Shown: positions 25,548 through 37,736 of the stretch, in pieces
How positions within the stretch are numbered: the stretch's first letter is position 1
Layout: every line of letters starts with the position of its first letter
Notes under the pieces: generated by a model
What the model saw: the letters and a program-made list of their open reading frames with translations, nothing else
Database searches by the model: none
Told to the model about the DNA's origin: nothing
NCBI RefSeq assembly: GCF_030684315.1
Contig: NC_081365.1
Location: 46,795,205-46,859,204 of the forward strand
Source of the DNA: Stegostoma tigrinum
Lineage: Eukaryota
Reading direction: 5' to 3'
DNA: 64,000 nucleotides
Translations under genes and position numbers: made by a program

Positions 25548-25579
25548 CTGACGTTTCGGGCCTAGACCCTTCATCAGAG
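25548..25579 (-). ncRNA. Minimal hammerhead ribozyme motif (left arm)
   Basis: Reverse strand ct-CTGATGA-agggtctaggccc-GAAAC-GTC-ag. Confidence 0.8.
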
Positions 25580-25801
25580 AGGGGGATGGGGGGAGGGAAC
25601 TGGAATAAATAGGGAGAGAGGGGGAGGCGGACCGAAGATGGAGAGCAAAGAAGATAGGTGGAGAGGGTGTAGGTGGGGAGGTAGGGAGGGGATAGGTCAG
25701 TCCAGGGAAGACGGACAGGTCAAGGAGGTGGGATGAGGTTAGTAGGTAGCTGGGGGTGCGGCTGGGGGTGGGAGGAAGGGATGGGTGAGAGGAAGAACCG
25801 G

Positions 25802-26959
25802 TTAGGGAGGCAGAGACAGGTTGGACTGGTTTTGGGATGCAGTGGGTGGGGGGGAAGAGCTGGGCTGGTTGTGTGGTGCAGTGGGGGGAGGGGATGAACT
25901 GGGCTGGTTTAGGGATGCAGTGGGGGAAGGGGAGATTTTGAAACTGGTGAAGTCCACATTGATACCATATGGCTGCAGGGTTCCCAGGCGGAATATGAGT
26001 TGCTGTTCCTGCAACCTTCGGGTGGCATCATTGTGGCAGTGCAGGAGGCCCATGATGGACATGTCATCAAGAGAATGGGAGGGGGAGTGGAAATGGTTTG
26101 CGACTGGGAGGTGCAGTTGTTTGTTGCGAACTGAGCGGAGGTGTTCTGCAAAGCGGTCCCCAAGCCTCCGCTTGGTTTCCCCAATGTAGAGAAAGCCGCA
26201 CCGGGTACAGTGGATGCAGTATACCACATTGGCAGATGTGCAGGTGAACCTCTGCTTAATGTGGAATGTCATCTTGGGGCCTGGGATGGGGGTGAGGGAG
26301 GAGGTGTGGGGACAAGTGTAGCATTTCCTGCGGTTGCAGGGGAAGGTGCCGGGTGTGGTGGGGTTGGAGGGCAGTGTGGAGCGAACAAGGGAGTCACGGA
26401 GAGAGTGGTCTCTCCGGAAAGCAGACAGGGGTGGGGATGGAAAAATGTCTTGGGTGGTGGGGTCGGATTGTAAATGGCGGAAGTGTCGGAGGATAATGCG
26501 TTGTATCCGGAGGTTGGTAGGGTGGTGTGTGAGAACGAGGGGGATCCTCTTGGGGCGGTTGTGGCGGGGGCGGGGTGTGAGGGATGTGTCGCGGGAAATG
26601 CGGGAGACGCGGTCAAGGGCGTTCTCAATCACCGTGGGGGGGAAGTTGCGGTCCTTAAAGAACTTGGACATCTGGGATGTGCGGGAGTGGAATGTCTTAT
26701 CGTGGGAGCAGATGCGGCGGAGGCGGAGGAATTGGGAATAGGGGATGGAGTTTTTGCAGGAGGGTGGGTGGGAGGAGGTGTATTCTAGGTAGCTGTGGGA
26801 GTCGGTGGGCTTGAAATGGACATCAGTTACAAGCTGGTTGCCTGAGATGGAGACTGAGAGGTCCAGGAAGGTGAGGGATGTGTTGGAGATGGCCCAGGTG
26901 AACTGAAGGTTGGGGTGGAAGGTGTTGGTGAAGTGGATGAACTGTTCGAGCTCCTCTGG
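25802..26959 (-). CDS. 5'-truncated but uninterrupted PLE ORF: RT C-terminus/thumb, Cys linker, GIY-YIG endonuclease
   Basis: Frame is open upstream of the tracked Met: PEELEQFIHFTNTFHPNLQFT...LTFLDLSV...FKPTDSHSYL...IPYSQFLRLRRICS, then PCNRRKCYTC...NVVYCIHCTRCGFLYIGETKRRLGDRFAEH; no native start, so not a functional gene. Confidence 0.92.
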   Translation of the reverse strand, partial: PEELEQFIHFTNTFHPNLQFTWAISNTSLTFLDLSVSISGNQLVTDVHFKPTDSHSYLEYTSSHPPSCKNSIPYSQFLRLRRICSHDKTFHSRTSQMSKFFKDRNFPPTVIENALDRVSRISRDTSLTPRPRHNRPKRIPLVLTHHPTNLRIQRIILRHFRHLQSDPTTQDIFPSPPLSAFRRDHSLRDSLVRSTLPSNPTTPGTFPCNRRKCYTCPHTSSLTPIPGPKMTFHIKQRFTCTSANVVYCIHCTRCGFLYIGETKRRLGDRFAEHLRSVRNKQLHLPVANHFHSPSHSLDDMSIMGLLHCHNDATRRLQEQQLIFRLGTLQPYGINVDFTSFKISPSPTASLNQPSSSPPPTAPHNQPSSSPPPTASQNQSNLSLPP

Positions 26960-27009
26960 GCTACACTTGTCCCCACACCTCCTCCCTCACCCCCATCCCA
27001 GGCCCCAAG

Positions 27010-27480
27010 ATGACATTCCACATTAAGCAGAGGTTCACCTGCACATCTGCCAATGTGGTATACTGCATCCACTGTACCCGGTGCGGCTTTCTCTACATTG
27101 GGGAAACCAAGCGGAGGCTTGGGGACCGCTTTGCAGAACACCTCCGCTCAGTTCGCAACAAACAACTGCACCTCCCAGTCGCAAACCATTTCCACTCCCC
27201 CTCCCATTCTCTTGATGACATGTCCATCATGGGCCTCCTGCACTGCCACAATGATGCCACCCGAAGGTTGCAGGAACAGCAACTCATATTCCGCCTGGGA
27301 ACCCTGCAGCCATATGGTATCAATGTGGACTTCACCAGTTTCAAAATCTCCCCTTCCCCCACTGCATCCCTAAACCAGCCCAGTTCATCCCCTCCCCCCA
27401 CTGCACCACACAACCAGCCCAGCTCTTCCCCCCCACCCACTGCATCCCAAAACCAGTCCAACCTGTCTCTGCCTCCCTAA
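27010..27480 (+). CDS. GIY-YIG endonuclease fragment of the PLE right arm
   Basis: Tracked peptide is identical to the last 156 aa of the left-arm ORF. Confidence 0.9.
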   Translation: MTFHIKQRFTCTSANVVYCIHCTRCGFLYIGETKRRLGDRFAEHLRSVRNKQLHLPVANHFHSPSHSLDDMSIMGLLHCHNDATRRLQEQQLIFRLGTLQPYGINVDFTSFKISPSPTASLNQPSSSPPPTAPHNQPSSSPPPTASQNQSNLSLPP

Positions 27481-27702
27481 CCGGTTCTTCCTCTCACCCA
27501 TCCCTTCCTCCCACCCCCAGCCGCACCCCCAGCTACCTACTAACCTCATCCCACCTCCTTGACCTGTCCGTCTTCCCTGGACTGACCTATCCCCTCCCTA
27601 CCTCCCCACCTACACCCTCTCCACCTATCTTCTTTGCTCTCCATCTTCGGTCCGCCTCCCCCTCTCTCCCTATTTATTCCAGTTCCCTCCCCCCATCCCC
27701 CT

Positions 27703-27734
27703 CTCTGATGAAGGGTCTAGGCCCGAAACGTCAG
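27703..27734 (+). ncRNA. Minimal hammerhead ribozyme motif (right arm), predicted cleavage after 27732
   Basis: CTGATGA 27705-27711, stem II gggt/gccc, GAAAC-GTC, short stem I ct/ag; intact core. Confidence 0.8.
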
Positions 27735-28379
27735 CTTTTGTGCTCCTGAGATGCTGCTTGGCCTGCTGTGTTCATCCAGCCTCACATTTTATCATCTTGG
27801 AATCTCCAGCATCTGCAGTTCCCATTATCTCCAATGTTCCCTGCTGATTGCTCTGGCTGTCCTGCCTCTACCAGGTACATTTCCCTTAAAGTAGCAATGC
27901 TAATATTGGATCAGAATAGCTCCCTGAAAATAAGGGCAGTTCTTCACTATGTGGGGAGCTGGAGTCCTCATAATGTCAAATTTGCACATTCCAAAACACT
28001 ATGTAGAGTTTGTGTTTCTTCCGTTTGCTTCCTGCAAGACTCCGAAGAATGTGGATGGAAACTAAAGGGAGTGCATTCTAAAATATAACTGGATGTTGTG
28101 AGGAAGTTGGTAAAGTGTGCACATGAGAAGCCTCTGCACATGAGTTGATTGCAGTTAAGGATTCCTAGGCTTTATCACACTTTCATTTCAGCACATCTTA
28201 CAACTCAAGACAATTGAAATGTGCTTGTTTTGTGTGTTTGCATAGAACTCTATTGAATCTTCCAAAGGAACACTGCTGAACTCCATGGAATTTTCTGTAA
28301 GCTTCTGCTCCCTCATAGTTCTTTTTATTTAATCATGTGATTCTTTCATTATATCATTGTATATACAGTGGACAACTGC

Positions 28380-29020
28380 AGTGGATTATCTGTAAAAGCA
28401 GGGGTGTGTTCTGACCCTTGCAATCATCAGTTTATTCTCTGTTGCAATGCTTTCTAGAGCATGTAATGGAGACGTTTATGAAATGTATACTAGATTCAGA
28501 GCAAATGAGAATTTGTTTAATCTGGAATGACTGATGGCATGATTGCTGTTTGCCAATGATTCTGCTCTCATTTCCCACTTTTCCAGAGTAAACTCAGCAT
28601 TTGCCCACTGATGTAAGAAAGGAAACAAGGCATCAAAATTCCAACAAAACATACTGTGTTAAAATATGTGCTAACATCTCCCCTCTTGTAGGCCTCCTGT
28701 GGATGTCTTAGTTGAACAATTTCGACATGAGATATGTCTGAAACACCATTAACATCAAATCAGAGGACAAATTGCCCAACATTTAAGTACTCGTGAAATA
28801 AAATACTTGGAATTGAAGAAAACCAAAACTTTGAAGTAGTCAATATGTTGTGACTAATCAAATCTGTAAAGCAGTCTTATATTAACAGATTAAACTTGGA
28901 CATCTTTGTAAGGTAGACTGAGATTAAGGTTCAAGGACTCCATGAAGGCAAACTTCAGGAAATGCGCATGTCCACCACAGACGACGAGAACAATGTACAA
29001 AGGAGAATGCTCCCCAGATG
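28380..29020 (+). mobile_element. Degenerate RTE (BovB-like) LINE fragment
   Basis: YTRFRANENLFNL (cf. YIRYRTDGKLFNL) and LLFANDSAL (cf. LLFADDAAL), later LRFKDSMKANF. Confidence 0.6.
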
Positions 29021-29053
29021 GTTCTTAAGTAGTGGAATTGCTTCCTTCAAAGA

Positions 29054-29383
29054 GGGTGGCACTGTGGCTAAGTGGCTCAGTGGTTAGTACTGTTGCCTCA
29101 CAATACCAGGGACCCGGGTTCGATTCCAGCCTCAGGCAACTGTCTGTGTGGAGTTTGTACATTCTCCCTATATCTGCATGGGTTTCCTCTGGGTGCTCCA
29201 GATTCCTCCCACAGCCCAAAGATGTGCAGGTTAGGTGAATTTGTGATGATAAACTGCCCATAGTTTTCAGGGATGTGTGGATTAGGTGGGTTATAGGAGG
29301 ATGGGTCTGGGCAGGATGCTCCAAGTGTCAGTGTGGACTTGTTGGGTCGAAGGCCCTGTCTTCACACTGTAGGGATTCTATGA
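29054..29383 (+). mobile_element. Full-length HE1/V-SINE-like SINE
   Basis: gggtggcactgtggc...tggttagtactgttgcctcac...gggttcgattcc (B box)...tgtgtggagtttg...cacactgtagggattctatg. Confidence 0.92.
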
Positions 29384-29619
29384 AAAAGCAAGGAATACTG
29401 GCAGCTAGGACAAAAAGCAAGTTGTGACTGGGGTCTGCAGGTTTTCATTAGAAGGCAGTTGGGAAACTATGCTGTTAGAAACAAATAAATGTTTATTGGC
29501 TATTTATGTGACAGACTGTTGCAGGACTTCATCAGAAGTTTGCACTTCCCTCAGGTTCAGCTATACACGACCTGACATTGAGGAGGATTCATTCCAACAA
29601 TTAGCGTAACGATTGTTAA

Positions 29620-30030
29620 TCTCTTATACTACAAGAAAGACTGGACGCTCCTAACTATATTGGAATGGTTATCCTACCCAACATTATGGAAAACCATGTA
29701 CATTTGCAGCCAGTGGAGTTGACAAATGTGAGAAGATCTGACTGGAATATATAAGCCTCCGAAAAGGTAGAGTCTAAATCTCTGGAGTACAGTCATGGAG
29801 TAAGAAGTTGATCACTCAGGACCGGAATGTAGAAACATTTCTACACTCAGAAAGGTCTGAAACATCAGAATTTTCTGTCCATTCTCCATTATTGAATACA
29901 TTCAAGGCTAGGATGGATATATTTTTATTCTTGTCTTATGCTATGGTGAAAGGAGAACAAAGTGCCTTTGAAATAGAAGATCAGCCATGATTTTACTTAA
30001 TGTCAGAAAAAGGCTCAAAGAGCCAGATAT
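29620..30030 (+). mobile_element. Degenerate CR1-like 3' end
   Basis: ttgaatacattcaaggctagg...gatcagccatgat...aggctcaaagagccaga. Confidence 0.55.
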
Positions 30031-31247
30031 TTCTTTGGTTCTCTGTTTTCTTTTGATCCAATCTCCCCATCCTCATTGTTTTTGAGCAGTCTGTTGTGGA
30101 AAAGTACGCATTTGTCCTTGTGCAGGATTGCTGTTTGTTGACAAAATATCCAAATAATCCAGCAACAAACAGTCCACATTCCCACCCTATAATATTGCTT
30201 ATATGTTTATGATTGATGGTGGAAACCAATTAAAACTATGAAACTAAATCTTAGCACGAAGGTAATGTAATCAAAAATAGAGGAGGAAAGCTGAAGGAAA
30301 GAGCCTTTATCTTTCGTGGGACAATGATGGACCAACTTGCTGTGAATTTTTAGTATTTTCCCTTGCTTTCAGTGATACCACAGCATATACTCAACAAATT
30401 CATCTCAGTTATGAAAAAATAATCACCATGGAATCCTTACAGGAACACTAATGTAGTTAGTCTGATTTCTGTTTCAAACAAAAGTGAATGAAATATTATG
30501 ACCTCATTAGGTCATGTCGATCTGAAAGAATGTTTATGGCGCTCTATCATAATCACACATTGGAAAATCCTGCAAATGCAGCAAGTACTGCGGTAACAAG
30601 TAACGTACTGAGAACTGAAAATCAACATCTACTGTGTAAGAAAGAACTTGTGTTTGTTATCACAAAACTTACCAAATTGATAAGAGGAGTCAGGAATCAT
30701 TTTTACAATTGTTTATTTTTATGCAAACAAATAAGAGCTGTTCTCACCATTGAAGTGTAAAATTAACACTGCGTGACAGACAATTCCCAGTTTTATACAA
30801 GACATTACAATTCTCCACATTTCTTTTTCCAGGTGTTTTACATTATCTGCTTTCTTGCCCACAATTTACACAAGTATTGTTTGTATTTCACTCAAGTACC
30901 TTGCAGTTAGTGCAGCTCCTAGACATCTGGCCCGACTTGGTACATCTGTGGTTCCCATTTACTTTTACAATATGACTGAAAATTTGACTTTAACTAATAG
31001 AAACTGGTTTACCCCCTTCACATTTATATGATACTTCACATCCTCATTGTTTTCATCAAGATTTTCATCAGTAAGCAATTCCTTTTTAAGTGTTTTCACT
31101 ATTGTTTCATACATAACACAAGAGCCAATATATGTGTAGCAAATTCTAACAAGAAAGTAGTAAATTTGTTCTGCTGTATGTGATCCAGGAAAAGTATATG
31201 AGTTAGAGCACTGGGGGATCTTACTACATACTTGCTTTTCTTTGACA

Positions 31248-32407
31248 TCAAAAGTCACATGACACTAGGTTGTAATCCAACAGATGTATCTGCAATCACA
31301 AGCTTTTGGAGTGTAGCCTTTTCATCAGGTGAAGTGAAAGAGAAGCAAACAGAACACAGAATTTTTGGGCAGAGAGATCAAAGCCAGTGACAGAATTGAA
31401 CCCCCCAATGTTGGCACTCTGCATCACAAACCAGCTGTTCACTCAACTGAGCTAACTGATCCCCTAACTTTCAGTCGATAAAACTATTGAATAAACTACA
31501 GTCAACTAGCTTCCAAATAGAGAGAGATTAATAGGTCATAAAAATGGTGCAAGTGGAGTGTTGAATCGCAAGTCTGTGCAGGTGATCGACTTGTTAGACA
31601 ATGTGAGTAAAGTGTCAACAGCTGAATAACAAGTGAAGGGATGACCTGTAATCCGATTAAATGAGGCAGAGAGATAATTACAAAAATTAAAAATATGGTG
31701 TTCCTGGAGACAAACCAAATGGCTGAAAATAACATGATAAGTATAAGAATTACATGCTGAGGGTCTAACCAAAGTAACAAATAATCCAAAACTGTCCAAA
31801 GTAATTATGGGGGAGAGAGTATAACAATTTATCCAGGTGATGGTGACAAAACAGGACAGTAAGGAAGACCTTACAGATACAGGCAGTGTAGTGGAGTGAT
31901 ATGTAATGCAACATGACCCAAGACCACGGTTGAGGCCATCCTCATGGGTATGGAACTTGGCTGTCAGTTTCTGTTCAGCGATTCTGCATTGTTGTGTATC
32001 TCGAAGACTGCCTTGGAGGACACTTAGCCGAAGATCAGAGGCTGAATGTCCTTGACCACTGAAGTGTTCCTGAATGGGAGGGAACATTCCTGTCTGGCAA
32101 TTGTTGCACAGTGTGCATTCATCCATTGTCATAATGACTGCATTGTCGTGCCAACATACCATACCTCGGGGCATCCTTACCTACAGCATGTGAGATAAAC
32201 AACATTGGCCATGTCCCATGAGTATCTACCATGTATGTGGTATGGGGTGTCCCCACATGTGATGGTGTGCTTCCCTCTCACTTCACCTGACAAAGGGGCT
32301 ACGCTCTAAAAGCTTGTGATTTCAAATAAACCAGTTGGAATATAACCTGGTATCGTGTGACTTCTGACTTTGTCCATCCCAGTCCAACACTGGCACCTCC
32401 ACATCAT
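31248..32407. mobile_element. Neptune-type PLE (second family), inverted pair: long minus arm 31248-32265, short plus arm 32266-32407
   Basis: Minus peptide QEHFSGQGHSASDLRLSVLQG...AEQKLTAKFHTHEDGLNR (GIY-YIG C-terminal half); 31248-31350 mirrors 32266-32370; degenerate hammerheads at ~31297-31331 (-) and 32284-32318 (+). Confidence 0.88.
31383..31464 (-). mobile_element. tRNA-derived SINE head nested in the PLE
   Basis: Reverse: ggggatcagttagctcagttg...ggtttgtgatgcagagtgccaac...ggttcaattc (A/B-box-like). Confidence 0.65.
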
Positions 32408-34244
32408 TAGTTTTCTTTGGATAATGCCAGAACTGTTATTTGTGAACTCCTGAACATGCAAACAAAACGCTGGTTTAGTGCCTTATCCAAAAATTGGCTC
32501 TTGTGACAATATAGAAACTTAAATTCGGTTTCAGCTTGGTGTGTACTAAGTTAAAGCTTCATGTTTATAGATACAAGAATTTTTTTAAAATCGTGACTTG
32601 ACAGCCAACCAATCTACTTTTATCTTTCTGCTAGGATGGAACCCTCTGCGAGTGTATTGCTGCATGTAATTTACTGTCAAATATCAATTATAACCATGAC
32701 TTTTACAATATAAAAAATTCAGTCTATGTGTTGCATCATTTAAAGTCTGTTCCATTAAGTATTTTGGGTTAAGTTTGTTCATTTAGGATATTGTGAAAAT
32801 GCAAGATTTTTTTTATTTGAAGACTACAATGCATTGGCATGCAATTCAATGTGTAATATATTTTTGGGCCACCCACACTCTGAAGTTGTGCTGTATGACA
32901 TTAGTTTTGAAAATGTTATAAGTAGGTCAGTCCATTATGTTGTCAAGTGTTTTAAACAATTTAAAGTAAATGCATTCGAATTATTCTAACTAGAAGCTCT
33001 GAATGTCCCTTTTTGGCCTTAAAAACAAGCTACCTTCTGATAAAATAAATCCAGGGTGTGGAAAAGAAATTACCCTATTGAGGAAAGGCAGCACAAATTC
33101 TACTTGAGGTAATATTTCTCAATCAATTATTTGAAAATTATTCTTTTTTTTTGCCAAATTGGAAGAAATGCCAAGCACTTTGTATCAAGAGGTTTTATCT
33201 ATCTGGATGAGTATGATTGATTGTGGATTGGATAATTATTGTATTAATCATCCTTAATGCCAGTCATTAATCGCAGACATGAAGAACTGAGGGCATGACT
33301 ATGATTGTAAGCTTTAAACTCATTTTGTGATTTTTGAAATCCATTTTCAGCCAAGTTTATTTTACTCCAATTTTACTAGCAAAATTTATGATGTAATTGT
33401 AATGGAAGTAACTTCTTCAGACTTCTTTCCTATTAATTCATAATCAGTGTAGAAGTATACAAGGCTGGCTGGATGAAGTGGGGTAAAGCAACATTGCTGG
33501 AGCAGTGTCAACAGGATGGTAGGAGGGCCCAGAGTGTGGAAGGATGCAGTACCGAGTGGATGCATGGATAATAAAGAACCAGTTAGAGGAATTGGCAGGG
33601 GTGGGGTGGGGGAGGAGAAGGAGGTGTATGGGAGAAGGCACAGGCACTTATCATGGAGCACAATGAGCACTGTTGGCAAGTGGTGATTGGAAAATGCATA
33701 GTAAATCACGTTGAGTTGGAAGGAGGGAGGGAGATAGGTGCTCAACTCTAAGAGTGGGAACAGAGGAAGAAGTAAGCTTTTTTTAAAAAAATAGACAAAA
33801 TATATATGTGCTCCACTGAAGTCCCTGCTTTAATTGGCCATCATCTCAGTGTTAGAGAATTTATCCATTTAATGAAAAATTGACACACTACTGACTTGAA
33901 TATGACATTGAGTTCACTGCAGTAAAGGCACAGAATCAAGCATTTCAATCATTGCCAAGGAGCTGGCAAACGACTTGTGATAAGTGTGAAAGCCTTTAAA
34001 TGTATGCCTCGTGAAAGACAACAAAATACATATGAATTGCAGGCTGTAAAGAAAAATGTTGAGCCTCATGAATTCAACATAGCTATATAAAGATATATAT
34101 GACCCATTAGGATGTGAACCTGCTTTTGTAATTCAATAAGGGTCTTTACTACATATAAATTCAAATAACCATCCTTATGGGCCAGAGAGACCACAACAAA
34201 CAGGTTAAACATTTTTATTTCACTTTAGGTTTCTATTCTTTTAG

Positions 34245-34625
34245 AGGTCGTCGCTGTTGTTGGCCAGGCCAACATTTATTGCCCATGACTGACTACCCTT
34301 CAGAAGCTGATAGTTAGGTGCCTTCTTGAAATGAATAGGTCTTTGCTTCTTGGCAGGGAGCTTCTTTGTTTTGGCTCAGTTACAGTGAAGAAAGTGAAGT
34401 TATATTTCCAAATCGGGATGGTATGTGGTTTATAGGGAAATTTGCAAGTGGTGGTGTTCCCAGACATCTGCTGCACTTGTCCTCCTAGGTGGTAGTGGTT
34501 GTGGGTTTGGAAAAAGGAGATATTGGAGGAATCTTGATGCGTTACTTTGTGGATTGTACAGATATTATACATTGCTGTCACTGTGCCCGAGGAAAAGAGT
34601 AAATGCTGAAGTTGTATATGGGGCA
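34245..34625 (-). mobile_element. LINE 3' end (family of 60530-62930), tail shared with SINE family B
   Basis: Reverse ends catgggcaataaatgttggcctggccaac; the body mirrors 62690-62900. Confidence 0.7.
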
Positions 34626-34639
34626 CTAACATTGGTTGA

Positions 34640-35680
34640 CGGGGTCCTCAGCTGTGTCTGACCCACCTCCCATACTTTGGCCGTCACCCCTTCTCTTCGC
34701 TCCCATCACAGTGATGGGGACACCTTGTCTTCACTTACCATTCCACCAGCATCCACATCCAAAGGATGATTTACTGCCATTTCTGCCACCTCCAGTGAGA
34801 TGCCACTGTGAGACACATAGTGCCCTCTTCTCCCTTAGCAGCGTTACTAAAAGACTGAAACCTCCGCTACACCATATTCAGCTCCCAACTCCTCCTCAGA
34901 CCCATATGGCACCGTCCCATGTAATCGCAGAAGGACGCCTACCATTTACTTCCTCTCTTCTCACCATCACCCCAGGCACACCTTTCAGGTGAAGTAATGA
35001 TCTACCTGCTCTTCAATAAATGTAGTTTACCATATTTGCTGCTCATGATGTGATCTCCTTTACGGTGGGGAGACAAAATGCACACTGGGTGACCATTTTG
35101 CAGAACTCACATTCTGTCTGCAAAAATGACCTTACGTTTTTAGTTGCCTGCCATTTCAACACACCAGCCTGTTCCCTGGCCAACATCTCTGTTTCAGGCT
35201 TGCTATGGTGCTCCAGCAAAGCTCAGCCCCAACTGGAAGAACAGTATCTCATTTTCTGTTTGCCCACCCTGCAGTCTTTTGAACTTACTATCAAGTTCAA
35301 TAATTTTATTGCCTGAGCACCCTCTCCCAAGTACTTACCGTAATCCCCACACACCAGGCCTTGTCATCACATAACCAGCCCATTGTCGGCCACTAATGGT
35401 CCCCAATAGCAGGCCTTGATTCTCTCGGGCTGACTTTTATACACCCCTATATGTGCCCAACTGTTATTATCTCTCTCTGGGCTCCATCTCTTAGTACCAT
35501 TTACTAACACCCCCCCCACAGCCCACAGCCCACAGCCCACAGCCCTGTCTTCGGCATATATACCAATCCTTTCCTAGGTCTCGTTATTTCTGAAGGGACA
35601 CTGGACCCAAAACATTGATTCTGCTTCCTTTTCACAGATACTACCAGTTTTGATGAGTTTTACCAGAAATTTCTGAAGTG
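34640..35680 (+). mobile_element. Old Neptune-type PLE 3' part (third family) with a (cacagcc)4 microsatellite and decayed hammerhead
   Basis: Peptide HSVCKNDLTFLVACHFN...ISVSGLLWCS...LEEQYLIFCLPTLQ; tctgaagggacactggacccaaaacattg at ~35590. Confidence 0.75.
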
Positions 35681-37736
35681 TGTCAATATCTTGTGCTTTG
35701 ATAACACTCCTTTTCTGTTAAATGTGACTATTATTTTGATGTTGTCTGCAAATTCTGATGTTTTAACTTTGATTCATGAGTCCAAATCATTCATGCAAAT
35801 GAGGAACAATAGTGGTCCTAATACTGATCTTTGTGAAACATTTAAACCCTGACTTTTGTCATTCTAAAAATCTATGTAAACTCCTATTCAGCTAATTTCT
35901 GGCCACCATGTTCTTCATTCTGCTACTTGTCCTTGACTGCACATGCTCTGTACTTAGTCTTTAGTTGACTACGTTATGCCTTATTGAGACCTTCTAGAAA
36001 TCTAAAGATATTATGTTTATGTACCCTTTTCCACTACTTCAAGGAAGCTATTATTGCGGGTGGCTGGGACAAAGGGAGGGGTCAGTCAATCATGACTTTA
36101 TTTTATGAAATCTATATTGACTACTCTTTCATGCTTTTCATTTTCAAAATATTTTCCTGCTACATTTTAAAAATAAAATTCCATTATCTTTACTGCTTAT
36201 GTTAATCTAATCATTCCAAAGTTCACAAAGCCTGTTCTAACAGAGAAATAGGTAGATCATGTTAGAACTGTCCACTAGAAATCACTGATTAACCATAGGC
36301 AAGACACGAGTGACAAGCTGCCCGTTTGTTTCAAGGCACTTTATTTAGTAAATTCAGATCACATCCTAGATACAAGTAGGTAAATATTTCATATGTATAT
36401 CAACCTGACAAACACATGCTACTAACAAAGTGAAACCGTTTAATTTTTTTGTCAAAATTTAGAATTTCAACTAAAATCTTTAACATGTGACACATTTTTA
36501 GTGCAGCACCTATACCTAAATAAGCTTGAGAGTTACTCTGTGCCCTTCAGAGTGATTGCCAAAATTGAGTTCCAATAGCCAGATCTGTCCCTCTTTTCCA
36601 TCCAGATCACAGTTGGACGCATTTGCCCTTTGCTGTGGTAAATAATTTTGCATGCGTTCTGGATAGGCTTATTTTCTTCTGTCAAGCATAGGTAGTCATT
36701 TTAATTACTCTAGCTGGTTATGAAAATGTTCCCTCTGGCCATCAATATTAGTTGTCTTTCCACAATGCAAAGGTTCAATGTTTTCATTTAAGTCACACAC
36801 AATTTTTAGCAAGTAGCCAACAAAATGCTACTAAGGAAGTAAAATTTGTTTAACAAAATCAGTCGTACAATCTGTTTATCTGACTATTTTAACAATTAAA
36901 TGCAAAACAAGATCGAAGTACATATTCGCACTGGGAAGAGGAGCACTGAGATTCTGAACCCAATGTTGGTGTTGATTATTTACTGTTTTATCACCATTAG
37001 ATGATTAATGTATTGAACTACCATGGAGTAAATGGAGAATGTAGATATTTACATTTACTGGTTGTTACTTCATGTGGGAGTTGAAATTCTTAACCAGTCC
37101 GAATTTAAAGCTTGAAGTTGCATACATTTTTCTTGTTAGTGCATCTACTTAAGAATTATTTTTGCATTTTCACCTTGTTCAGCACTTTGACTTGTAAATT
37201 ATTTTAGGTTGATTGAAGTTAATTAAATGATAGTGCAGAAAAGGCACTCTTCAGGATAAGAAATATTGGCAGTATTTTGCAAAGGTGTTGATAATTTTAT
37301 CTGGTCTACATACTTTCCAGTATTCTATTATCAACATGAATGGCTTATGAGAATATGTCTACCACTTCAGGACAAACAATTTATCCATTTGTTTCAAATA
37401 CAGTTCAATGTTTGTAACTATCCAAAGATGAAGTTGTGACATTTGTAAGTAACAGGAGAGGAATTTGTAATGATGCAACTCTGAGCTGTATAGTAACTAT
37501 GACCATGCATTTTATCTTGGTGGCAGTGGGTTTTTTCAGGACATTCCAACTTGTCATGAAGCTCTGTAGATGACACACACGCACTTTGAGCCATTGCATC
37601 AAGATGTCTTTTGATATTTCCAAAAGGTCTTCAGTTGCACAAACATGGTTATTCAGACTCCATCTCCACCTTACAGAATTAGAAGCATGTATTAAAGAAA
37701 GGTATTTGTATTTCTATAGAAAACTTTATCATTCAG

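Larger units (their letters stand above)
25488..27831. mobile_element. Very young Neptune-type PLE, head-to-head inverted pair, 17-bp TSD
   Basis: Left arm 25488-26960 (minus), right arm 26960-27831 (plus); 25488-26322 is the reverse complement of 26960-27794; caatgttccctgctgat at 25475-25491 and 27832-27848. Confidence 0.97.

Noticed and set aside
25580-25800. G-run-rich tract as a host G-quadruplex regulator
   Set aside because: It is the antisense strand of the C-rich PLE 3' region and is present in related copies
25802-27480. GIY-YIG ORFs as a domesticated nuclease or homing endonuclease gene
   Set aside because: 5'-truncated, bounded by PLE termini and a TSD, with many decayed paralogs nearby
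29054-29130. tRNA gene
   Set aside because: The A/B-box-like head continues into SINE body and tail; no full cloverleaf
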